Part shown: positions 52,401 to 64,000 of the stretch, in pieces
Position numbering within the stretch: position 1 is the stretch's first letter
How the letters are laid out: each line of letters opens with the position of its first letter
From: Ruditapes philippinarum
Taxonomy: Eukaryota
Length of the DNA stretch: 64,000 nucleotides
Direction: 5' to 3'
Assembly (NCBI RefSeq): GCF_026571515.1
Contig: NW_026852212.1
Coordinates: 62,001-126,000, forward strand
The notes under the pieces: model-generated
What the model was told of the DNA's origin: nothing
The model's input: only the letters and a program-made list of their open reading frames with translations
Databases searched by the model: none
Made by a program: the position numbers and the translations under genes

Positions 52401-54315
52401 GCCCCGGCGGGCCTGGGGATACGAGTATATGTGTGATGTGCAGCAAGCGACACACCAATCTCACGGTGTTTACGCCTCGCCACACCACACCTAAAGTCTT
52501 CAACATCTTTGCTTATTCAAATACTATCTAATCATATGATTGCCATGTCAATGTGACCAATGTAAAAAGCATGACATTTGAATGACAATAGATTTGTAGT
52601 ATCAATGTGCATATGTATAAGGACACTGATGTGTCTCTTCTCAACCTAGAATTACATAGAAAAACAAGAGGTACTTGGTTTCCGTGACCACGTGAAAAAA
52701 AACTTTTTGCATTTAGACTTGCACCATTTAACTACGCAAAGTAAAGAACTCAATCTATTTTATAGTACTCTTCATAATATAGTTAGAAACATTTTGGTCA
52801 TTAGCAAAAATTGCGTAGAATATCACAAATACCATTTTTGCATAATAAATGCAAGGCGTCATGTACAAATGAAAAATATTTACAACTTTTGAACTGTATC
52901 TTTCTCAAATATTGCTTACACATCTAGAGCTGTTTATTCAACATATATTTCACGAAATAACACCACACAAAATATCAAGAAAGCATGAAAAAAATCCCTA
53001 CTATAAAGAAACACATGAACTTACCCTAGTGACTTAGCTGTAAATATCCAAGAAGCCGTAGCAAGATTCTCGTCTATTATGATTCTAATATCAGGTAAAG
53101 TTGGACCAATCAAAGCGTTTCTCCATCCCTGTAACGGAAATTAAAATGATTTTGTTTATTGTGTTGGCATGCGAAAAGTTCCCGCACAAAAACACAGTTA
53201 TTATTTAGCTCACTCACCGTAAAAATTGTTTTACCAAAATATTCGGCTTGTCAAACACGATCTTGGAAATCCCAATCTTAATAGAATACCTTTCATAATG
53301 GGCATTAGCATGGGTGACCAAAATGTCTCACTTTTTCCGAAGGAAAGCAGTTTGTGTACACAAAATATAACTCAACATTATTATACCATGTCATTATATC
53401 AGTTCTCTATCCACTTGCATCTCCCTTTTTCTGTCCCCGCAATGTCTCCTGACAGGTGCGCCAAACAGATTATCATGTGGTATACACTAAGCACCACACT
53501 AACCTCACAGTGTATGCTCCATTTCTCCACCATCCCTACAACCTTCTGCATCTATGTTTCACTTACATCGTCTTATTATAGCGTTTATCATGTCAAAGTG
53601 ACCAATGTAACGACGTCTGACCCTTGAATGACCATAAATTTGGAAAAATGGTATATTTCGAAAACTATTTGTCCGTGCTCCCACTTAGAAAAAACAACAA
53701 CAACAAAAAAACGAGGAATGATGCATTTAGTGACCTCGTGACGAGACCTATCTTGAGCAAAATAATTATTTAATTCCTTTCAATTACTTTTAATAATATA
53801 AATGTTTGTCACATAGCAAGTAAAACTTCCCCTTGTCGCCATTTTGAGGGTCCTTTCCAATATTGCATAAGCTTAAGATAAGATAAAACTCTCTCAATCT
53901 TTTCATAGTTTCTTCATATGATTTTAACAATTCACCTAAATCATACAAAACAATACAAAAAAATTCATACTTTGTAAATTATATGATATAGATGTCACTT
54001 TTGCCAAGGGAGGTAAATTTTGAATAAATTGGGAACTATCTATTGTGAGAAACTTGCGTATGAAATGGTAAATAGTATATTACACTTTTTCTCTCTTTTT
54101 TACCACGTCAGTTGACTTGTTAAAATTCAAACAAATATTTGGCAATGTAATAACAAAAGTCTTACCATCGCAAAGATACTGATGAATATGCAAAATGTAT
54201 GTAAAATTCGATGCCTATTTGCCGCGTTGTCCGTCTTTTTGTTCTCTATTACTGTTTCGTTTGTCTCGCTTGAGTAAAATTCTTGCTTGCTTGTCGAATC
54301 ATTTTGTTCCCGCAT
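49405..54315 (-). CDS. MFSD4B-like: MFS transporter copy 7 (B-type), about 503 aa, intact
   Basis: Exons 54315-54166 (ATG of MREQND), 53128-53025, 50960-50779 and 50480-49405; GT-AG, 1512 nt, open frame. Confidence 0.9.
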
Positions 54316-55440
54316 CGTCAATTTATATTGGTTCCCGATTCGTTTTTTTCGATGACGTCACTTATAAGGGGACTTATAATCCTCGAGCAACAAGTTCGAT
54401 GATCATGTCACAATTAAGGGTAAAAATCCGAAAGTTCACATATGAATAGTTACTGTTTTCTCTCAATTTATTCTATTTTACACATCATTTCGTGATATCC
54501 AACAATTATGTTGTCTCCGTAAATACAAAATATAACTTCAATATTCAGTCATTCAACATTGGCAACAAATGTAATAAGTCGAACGAATAAATGTTCTGAC
54601 CTAAAGTAAAATATGTGCCAGATATAAACCGCGTGCATGTAAATGATAAAGTTACTGCATGTAGATCAACTTACGTTCTGATAATGTTAGCAGTACCTTA
54701 CTATCTACACAAGATTAGTTTTATAAATAGAACTTTACCATAGAGATCATATTACGGTATCGACTTAGTGCTCAAAGAGGTAGGTGATATTTTATATTGT
54801 CAAATAATTTGCTATGACAACATTTTCGTTTTTCGTTTAGAAATTAAACTGCCGTTGATAGTATGTGATGGAACTTAAATCATCGACCTCATCGGCCATC
54901 ATAAAAAATCTGTTTTGTAAGCAGAGTACGCGATACTTTAACGGATCTTAGATGTTGCCCTATTTTCTCATTAAATGAAATCGTATGGATTCGATTAGAT
55001 AAAAAGAAGCATCGCGTCAAATGTCTTCATGAAAAAATTTAACTATTTGTGTGTTTATTTTTGTACCGTAGAAATAAATTAAACTTTTACCAGATGAAAG
55101 GTCAATTTTTAAGTTTTTCCATGTCTCGTACGCGCTTGAGCATTAATTTATATATAATATCATCTAAGCATTGCGCGTTTCATTTAACACAGCATGAAAT
55201 TATTTTGACCACCATGCTAAAGTCAAGTTAGATTTGCAAAACGAAAAAGAACATATATTAAAACCATCATGTTTTTAATCTTAGACAGTCGAATACACAT
55301 GTATATAATCAAAACGGAGGATGAAATTCGCCGTCACACGACGCAGTATATTTCTATATCACACATTCATTCGGTCATGGGCCGAATGTCGCAGTGGATA
55401 AATCCACTTCTATCCAACAAGTGACACTCGGGTTCGAATG

Positions 55441-55955
55441 TTTCTGTCCCCCGCCTTTTCGAAGAAAAAAGGGGGATATAGAAATAGGCTGTCTGTCCAT
55501 AAATAATCACAATAATAAGACGATATGTCAGGCGCAAAACATGGGTCCCTACCTCCAAGGTCACACTTAGAGGTAAAAGATTAACATAGTCTGTTATAGG
55601 TATATTTTGTGTCCGATCTATAACTTCTTCAAAGTTCAAGGAATTTTGAAAGTACTTGTCACAAATAGTTACAATAATAAGACGATATGTGATGCACTAC
55701 ACCTGCACGCCTACCTCCAATGTCAAGATCACACGTGGAGGTCAAAGCTTAACATGATAGATTTTTAAATTCCATGTTTCATTTTATTTCTTTAATAAAT
55801 TTATTGTTGCATTTGCAGATCTAGCATTGATCATAATTTTGGACTGAAACTCTCTTGAGATCCATACCTCAATCTTTTGAAATAGGACAATTTTATGCTT
55901 CATATAAAACTTCCCGAGGCGGGGGGCGTTGGTAACTCTGTTACAAATTCTTGTT
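55441..55955 (+). mobile_element. Internally shortened same-site copy of the HINE-type element at 25975-27424
   Basis: Same flanks and termini (tgtcccccgcc ... ggcggggggcgttggtaactctgttacaaattcttgtt), with only about 2 core repeats. Confidence 0.8.
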
Positions 55956-56674
55956 TCGAACTACTTTAAAAAAAAAAAAGTCTGCTTTTTGAACTTCCTT
56001 AAAAAAATCTGGTATTTTTTATAGAAGGCCTGGTCCAAGGTTTTCGCAAATAATATGTTTTCAATTGCCATTTTATTCTAATACTGACTAAGTGTCAACA
56101 CTTTTATCAATTTGAAAGAAATACCTACATTTGTATTTAAAAAACAATTGTCGGATTCATTGTCTAATAACTTCATCGTTGGGTAATTAAGATAATTACT
56201 TATCATGTCAATCCATCTTTTTTGCTTTGTTGTTATGCAACCAATGTCCCCTATAATTCGCAGAATAGAAGCAAATCTGTGATCTGGCATGTAATGTCTT
56301 TTGAAAATGGCGCTGTTTATTATCAAGTGATTGGACGTAACTAGAGCAAGCTTATTTTGGGTACAAAATAAAAGCATTACTTTTTTTGGTTTCAGACAAG
56401 AATTGCAACTGTGTATGTACCGTGCTTTTATAAAGACCAAACTATGGGAACTTTCTTGTTTAAAGCTACTTATTAGTTTGATTAATTCATGAAAATGAAT
56501 TAACATGAACAAAAATTATGTTTATACATACTGTACAAAATGATACACTCAAACAGACTTTTGTACTTCAAACACACAATTATGAATGTACATGTACTTT
56601 AAATAACATTTAAATTCTGCCCTTTAATTTAATTTACTACGAAAACGGATTAAACTTTGACATTTCTTAACATT

Positions 56675-59600
56675 TTAATTCCCACCTTCAACTTTTAACA
56701 TGATATTGGCTTTTTCTGATCTATTATGAACTCTCTTCATAAAATTGAAAGACACAATAGCAATAACGAAGGTTGCAAACATAGAAAAACTCAAAAATAT
56801 ATTTGAATAAATGAACCACATTTGTGAAACTTTGTCAATCAGATATCTAACTAAAATAGGTACACCCATAGTCCCAACACAATGAAAAATAAAGAAAATA
56901 CTTGCCATTTTACCTGTCAGTGTGCAGACATTTTTAGACAACCACAAAAATGGTAAACCAAATAGAACAGACATTCCAAAACCAATGACTCCAATGGACA
57001 TCCACTCCAATATGACTTGATCAAAAATCACAGCGAGCAGAAATATCACCGCACCAGAAAGACATGTGGAACTAAATATGAGAATCATGGAAGACATACT
57101 GATAAATTTTATAATAACAATACCAGATAATCTTCCAATCCCAAAAGTAATCCAAAAGACGGAAGACGCAACAGATCCCATTGCCTTACTCCATTTTCGC
57201 TCCGATACTAAAAATGACATGAGAAATCCTGTGAAACTATTTTGACTAACGACATAGAGCAACAAAGCCGACGCTAACAACATGGTAAATGTATATTTCA
57301 TCCTCTTACTTATGAAGTACCGATTTCGATGAGAAGTAATTTCACATGCCGACACATCATTGAGATTTTCATAAACACTGCCGTAAAAAGAAAAAGTCGC
57401 AACAAAAAAACTCGCCGACAACAAACAAAGGAGTGCCGTCACACTGTATGGAATATAAATCAGAGATTCTCCGATATCAGTTACAGAAATGTTGCCAGTT
57501 ATTTCTTCTTGTACTGCTAACTTGTCAGTAAATTTCACTGTGTGTTTCAAATACTGCGGCACAAGCGTTGAAATATTTGAAACAATCGGTTCAAAATTGG
57601 CTGGAAATGTAATTGTTTTGGCTAGAAAAGGTTCTGCAACCAAAGGGGATATAATCGCTCCAACACTAAAAGCAAATTGCATAGCTTGCAAATAAGGTCC
57701 AGCTTTCTGTTTCCACACAAGAGCAATGTCAGCAATCGCCGCTAAAATTGAGACATATAAAATGTAAATGCAAAACATTTTGGTATATAAGTTTTGCTAA
57801 TTTTGTTTCAATACTGAAAATCTAATATAATACAAATTCGATTATCATTACACCTTCATTGGTATGAAAACAGCATTACTTTACGCACTACTCACAAGTG
57901 CTCACTTACATAAAAAAGATTGATACCTATCTATATTAATTACCAATTTAACAGACAAGAAAGACAGGTAAATGACATGTGCGATTTCTTTATAAATAAG
58001 TATAAAATTGACATTTAGAAAAAAAATAACCTGTTTCAAAAGAAGCTGCGCAAACTCCATGAAAACCATGAACGACCAACATTGCTGCCAGGTGGTAGCA
58101 AAAGGTGTGAGGGCAGAAGAAATTCCCATTATTATAACAATAACGACAAACACACCTATCTTATTGAAACGATCATAAGCAAAACCGCCGCAGATAGCTC
58201 CAAGTAACCCACTGAAAACAAACAAACACTTTAACAAACCCATTTTCAGTATTAAAAATTACAAAATTTGAGTGTTTTGTTTTTAAAAAAAAGATATAAG
58301 CTTGATAATGTTCTAGAAGCATTATGTTCCTACATCATTGACATCATTGTAAGGTCAAAAATAACGTGAACATTTTTGAGTCCCTTGATCCATTTTATCA
58401 TTAGTCAAATTTCCCACTGTATGAAACCTTACTGTGTAATTTATTGGGTGGCTTTTTAATGTACAAAACATCAGTTTATATCGTTGATCTTTAAAAATTA
58501 CTCGTTTTGCTGTTAGATTAATTCTTTACTCATGAAAATGTAGAAATTGTTCGGTATTGGTAAATAACGTTAACAGGTAGGAAAAAATGTAGCCGAAGCT
58601 TTTCGAAAGAAATAAGATGCTACTCAGGTTTTGCTTAGCACCAAATGTTTACGTGTGAAAATATTTGACAATGATTTAAGTTCTGTGGCACGAGTGATTT
58701 TTAATGTTATTAGACTGAATAAAGGACAATTTATTTTGTCGTTTTTCTCTCGCCTTGTTTGACAAGAAAAAGACCACCTATATCTAGGATTTCGAACGCG
58801 AAACTTAATTTTCAAATTGTAAAAGGTCTGACATTTGAATGACAATAAATTTAAAATATCGGTGTAATAGACAATAATTTGTTCTGTATCCAACTAAAAA
58901 TCAAACAGGAAAACGAGGGATGCTTGCTTTCCATGACCAAGTGGCGAGACCTACTTCAGAAAACTACTTGCGTTTAGGTTTGTGCCATTTCAAAACTTGT
59001 TGAATAATATTTCTTTGTCATCTTGAGCTGTTCTGTTTATTCAAGTAATAATCTACGAAATAATACCAGGCAACCTCATAAAAATATCATGGTAGAATCT
59101 CGACTATAATGAAACACGTGAACTTACCCTAGTGATTTAGCTGTAAATATCCAAGATGCCGTGGCAAGATTCTCGTCTATTATGATTCTAATATCAGGTA
59201 AAGTTGGACCAATCAAAGCGTTTCTCCACCCCTATTATAGAAGTTATAATGATTATGTTTACTGTATTGGCATGCGATAAGTTCCTGAACAAAAGAAAAT
59301 TACAGTTATTTCAAAATATTTTTATTTAGCTCACTCACCGTAATAATGGTTGTTTTACCAAAGTATTCGGCTTGTCATGGAAAATTTCTTGGAAAACTTA
59401 ATATCTTATTAATAGAATACGTTTTGTAATGGCCATTAGTATGGGTTACCAAAATACTCATTTTTGTCCGTGCTGTAGGGAAGCAGTTTGTGTTCACAAA
59501 ATATCACTCGGCATTATTATATCATGTCATTACATGTATATCAATTTTCTGCTCACATAGAATCGTTGAAAAGACCATATTTCAGGAGAGTATAATACGT

Positions 59601-61852
59601 CATTCAGGTGCAAACAGGTGATATTTGCAGTACATTGTATCATTTTTGTGTAGCAGGAGAGGGCTACTTCCGAGGCGACAGGTTGCAAAATTATGACAAC
59701 CTGGCTTCGCAAGTTCCTCTCCCTTTTACTTGCTACTGATTATAAAGCCCGAAGCTTGGACTTACTTTGTCCCTTTACCCCGAATATTTGCTGCAAGAAA
59801 TGACAAAAAACCAAGTTTTCAGTTTTGATTTTTAATACAAAATTAAATACTTATACGACAATGTTTTTTATTTAAACATATTAAACTTTAATTTATTAAA
59901 GTATAGACATTAAATTCTATAACAACTACCAAATTTAATATAAAGAACTTTTAATGCAGAGTAATGGAAAATAGATATAGTGTACTTTTACTTTAAGTAA
60001 TAGAAAGAGCACCGAAACACGAGGCTATCTGATTTGTACGAGGGGGCGTAGCCCCCAAGTATAAATCAGATTGCCGAGTGTTTTGGTGATCTTTCTCTTT
60101 TGTATCATAGTCAAATATGACAGCACGTTCCCTGTTGTCATAATATGAAACCCCAGAAAAAAACCAATGAACGAGCATTTGAATATGATATTTCTGCCCC
60201 TTTCCCTTATTCTGCCGTCACAATAAGTAAACCCCAGCAAAAATGAACCAATCTACGGGCATTATCTGGAGTGCGGGTAACTGATACCTGCACTCCAGTT
60301 ACCGCACTGTGCATGTATATGTACGATTTAACTCTGACACTTTTTCAACAGAAAGGTCCCCAAACTGTGATACAATAAAGAAATACTAAATAATTTACTT
60401 TTATAATACCTAATAAATTTAGATAGGGGAAGGGGCGGTAGCTTGGTTTTGTAACCGTTGCTACCAATGATGCCAATAAAATTTGACCTTATATACCAAA
60501 GTAATTATTATTTTTAATTAACCAATATATTAACATATTATCTTAAACATTTAGCTTTATAAATGTAAATTAAGAATAACTACCAAAAACAAAATTATTA
60601 AAGTTTTATACCTGAGACCTTTTTTATTTTGACAATTTTAATAGCTAATAATTTACTCGATATGTTGTGTACAAACCACTTTATAAAATGTAACAAATTA
60701 TAATTTAAATAATTTATGTACCAAAAAGAAAAGGGAAATAACAATTTATAACCTAATTTAATAAGTGTTAAAAATTAAAGTTAAGATGAAACGACTAGTT
60801 TCATTGGCTAAAAGAAGTTGTGGCCACAAGATAATAAGCCGTTGCCATGAGAAAATGTCTCGAGACATATAATTTTGTGGCCACGACTAATATTCTGGCC
60901 ACAACTTATAATCTTGTGGCCTGAAGGTACTATCTCGTGCCCACGACTTACTTTCTTGTGACCAAAACTTATTATCTTGAGGCCTCAAGATATAATTCCG
61001 TTGCCACAACTTATTATTATTTGTAGCTCGAAGAAACTGTGGCGAATTCACCGCTGTCACAGCTTTTGACCCAACGACTAGTTTCACTGGCTGAAATAAG
61101 TTGCGGCCACAAGATAATAATTCGTTGCCATGAGATAATGTCTCGAGACATCAAGATAATAATTCGTTGCCATGAGATAATGTCTCGAGACATCAAGATA
61201 ATAATTTATGGCCACAAGATAAAATCTTGAGGCCACAAAATAAAATGTTGTAACCACAAGAAAGAAACAATACTGCAAATGTCACCTCTAAGTCACCGTA
61301 ATATACAGCATACATTTAACTTTAACTCCGGTACATGAGCTACAACTGTTATGATACCGCATTTACATACAGTGCTTGTATGCATGCAATTTTACACATT
61401 AAATGCGAATGCAAGGGCAAGATATATATATATACAGCACAATGTAATCTACATAATAGGAATGTTTAAAAGAGAACTGGCCCAACCGTAAATAACTATA
61501 CTAAACGTATTAACATACATGAACACAAACCACGAGAGAATAATATGTGGACGCCGAGTTTCCTAAAAAAAGTATTTTTTGAAGAATATTTGGTCTCCAT
61601 ATTAAAAATAATTAAACTTATATAAAGCAAGCTTCAAACAAATATACATAATGTATTTTTGCAATGCAAAAATCTTACCATTGCAAAGATACTGATGAAT
61701 ATACAAAATGTATGTAAAATTCGATGCCTATTCGCCGTGTTATCTGTGTTCCTGTTCTGTATTTTCCCATTGCTCCCGTCCTCTATTACTGTTTCGTTTG
61801 TCTCACTTGAGTTAAATACTTGCTTGCTTGTCGAATCATTATTTTCACTCAT
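56675..61852 (-). pseudogene. MFSD4B-like: MFS transporter copy 8 (B-related), complete except for one frameshift in exon 3 (young pseudogene, null allele or sequence error)
   Basis: Exons 61852-61679, 59231-59128, 58211-58031 and 57741-56675. Exon 3 is 181 nt instead of 182: gcaaaagg at ~58098 versus gcaccaagg in the paralogues, turning TPWCYHL into TPFATTW. The other exons and all splice sites are intact. Confidence 0.75.
60790..61265. repeat. ~21-bp-based minisatellite (gtggccacaagataata family) in copy 8 intron 1, including a perfect 42-bp doublet
   Basis: Repeated tggccac(a/g)a(g/c) words; caagataataattcgttgccatgagataatgtctcgagacat occurs twice at ~61110-61195; acgactagtttca.tggct recurs at 60791 and 61075. 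Confidence 0.8.
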
Positions 61853-64000
61853 CGTCAAATATATGTTGTTCTTTATGCGTTCTTATCGATTTCGTCACAT
61901 ATAAGGGGATTAATAATCCTCAAGCAACAAGTTCGTTGATGATTTCACAATAAGGGGAGCTTACATATAAATAGTTCCTGCTTCTTTTTGTTAACTTTAC
62001 CCCAACAATTATTTTTGTGTTATCCAACAATTTCCTTTTTGACTTTATTTGCCAACTTGCGTAATTGAATAATATAACTCCAGGATTCGGTCATTCAATA
62101 TTGATAACAAATGATCTAAGTCTAAACAGATATCATAAGTCTAACAAATATTCTTAAGTGTTCTCACCTTAAGTATGTTAATGATAACGTACTAGTACCT
62201 TGCTATCTACACAAGGTTAATAATTCACCGGAGGGAACGTGCAGTACGGAATCGACTTCGTGGTTGCATAATGAAATTTTAAAGATGACACTCATGGAGG
62301 TAGGTAATTATTTTATACTATCAAAAAGTTTTGTTTGTCAGAAATCAAAGTACTGTTGATAGCATGTGACAAAATTCACCGACCTCTCCGAACGTAAATA
62401 GTCTGCAATGTTGAAAAAAATTGTTTTGTAATACTGGTTGCCCTACTTTCTCATCCAATGAAATGGTTTGGATTCGATTAAATTAAAAAACATATATTTC
62501 GCCAATAATATCTTCATGAAAAAAAACTATTTATGCAATTAAAATGTGTTTATTTTTGTACTGTAAAAAGAAATCTTCTATAACGCCTTTACTATTTTAC
62601 CAGGCGGCAAGTAAAATTTAATGTTTTCAAGTCTCGCACGTGCTTGAGCAATAATTCATGATATGACATCATCAAAGCGTTGCGTGTGTTTTTGTACATG
62701 TATGTCTTTTTACACAGTATTAAATTAGTTTGATAACCAACATGATCAAGTCAATTAAGATCTGTTTTTCACTTTCCCCTTACTTTATACTGATGAAGAG
62801 TTGATACTTTTGTCTACGAAATATCCCATTTAAAACAAAAAGCAAACAAAACAACAACAATAAAACAAACTTTTGTTGAACTCGTTGTCTTGTGAATAGA
62901 CTGCTTCAATGTGTTGGATGATATCTATGTGACGGGAAAAAACTAAAATACTTATACCATGCAAGTACCATAGTAACGGATCGTAATGACATTATTTTTT
63001 TCAAATTCTGTTGATTGCGAATCGGTTACATTCCTGGAATATATTGCATTTATTGTGACCCTTCGGGAGTCATCATCTTAGCCAGTTAGAATTTTCAAAA
63101 TGATATGTAGTTCTTACCTGTACGTCAAAGCAAGATGTTAGAGTTACCTACCTTGGCCTGTATACATTGTTTATATTGAAGTATATTGAAGGAAACGTGC
63201 TTCCTTATTATCTTTACCGCGATAAGTCTTTTTGATAACATGTGTCATTCTACAAAATGAACCAGACATGGACCCGGCCTTGTCAATTTTCGCTTTCTTT
63301 ATTCTATAGTTAATCTGTCACATTAAAGTCTTTATTCTGGACTCCTATTAAACTCAGCAGAATTCTGTATTTTATTCCGTATTCTGTTTACAAACATCAC
63401 GAAGGACTGCGTACCTATTATGAGCTGGAAGAGTACATACATGTATATTTGCTCCTTTCTTACTAGACCTGTCCAGCAAAGTACTACTCAGTATTAAAGT
63501 TACAGAATGGATTTCTTTGTAAACAGATGTTTATCGGCATTGAATCACAAGGAGACACAACACAACTTTTTCCCATGTTTCTGTTATCATGACATTCTTA
63601 ATTGTGTTCTCTTCTTTCTTGAATATGTGTGGGAATATATAGTAATGTGTTTTTTTCCAATATAATTATTTCCCTATATAGTTATGTCATGGTACAATCA
63701 GTATTTATCAATGATCTTAACTATATAAAATTAACCAATTAAAAGCATGGTGTGAAGCGCTCAATGATGTAAATAAGTTGGGCATTGAAACACTTAAGGT
63801 CACTATTCCAAGCTTTTAAAAAATATATACGCTCGTATACGATAATATAATACGTACTATTTAATAATTAGTACATATAAATTAAAGAATGATCATTGAA
63901 TGATACAAGTCCATAAATATGCTAAGCGTACTTCAGTAAATATCTCTAATATTTCATGAAGTGACTGCGTCTGCCATTTTGTGAAGAAAGCTATCACTTA

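Noticed and set aside
3108-57695. Recurrent plus-strand ORFs (3108, 10921, 19056, 36416, 41646, 49541, 49796, 50219, 57329, 57489) as a conserved antisense gene family
   Set aside because: They are antisense shadows of hydrophobic exon-4 codons and recur only because the sense gene is duplicated.
10785-57741. Array as an artefact of uncollapsed haplotypes
   Set aside because: Copies differ by many substitutions, private insertions and nested shared insertions that form a consistent history; long-read confirmation is still advisable.
61039-61278. Repetitive peptides KIIIRCHEIMSRDI / ATNYYLDVSRHYLM
   Set aside because: Translation of a 42-bp minisatellite doublet within an intron.

Overview
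AT-rich, intron-containing animal genomic DNA. The repeat families (Helentron/HINE-type elements with core satellites, a tRNA-derived SINE, L2/CR1-group LINEs) point to a mollusc, probably a bivalve; this is inference. The window is dominated by a minus-strand tandem array of eight MFSD4-family (NaGLT1/MFSD4B-like, FucP-related) major facilitator transporter genes. Each has the same 4-exon layout (150-183, 104, 182 and ~1070-1140 nt; intron phases 0, 2, 1). Copy 1 is divergent, copies 2, 4, 6 and 7 are intact, copies 3 and 5 are decayed pseudogenes, and copy 8 has a single frameshift. Sequence comparison suggests the array grew by unequal crossover inside exon 4, so copies 4 and 6 appear to be hybrids with a copy-2 body and a copy-8 C-terminus and 3'UTR, followed by a two-gene block duplication. 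The expanded copies differ from copy 1 at charged or polar membrane positions. The first 522 bp are the last two exons of a convergent granulin-like gene with a non-canonical Cys spacing. Introns and spacers contain many datable transposon insertions. No prokaryote-type system, RNA gene or CRISPR array is present.
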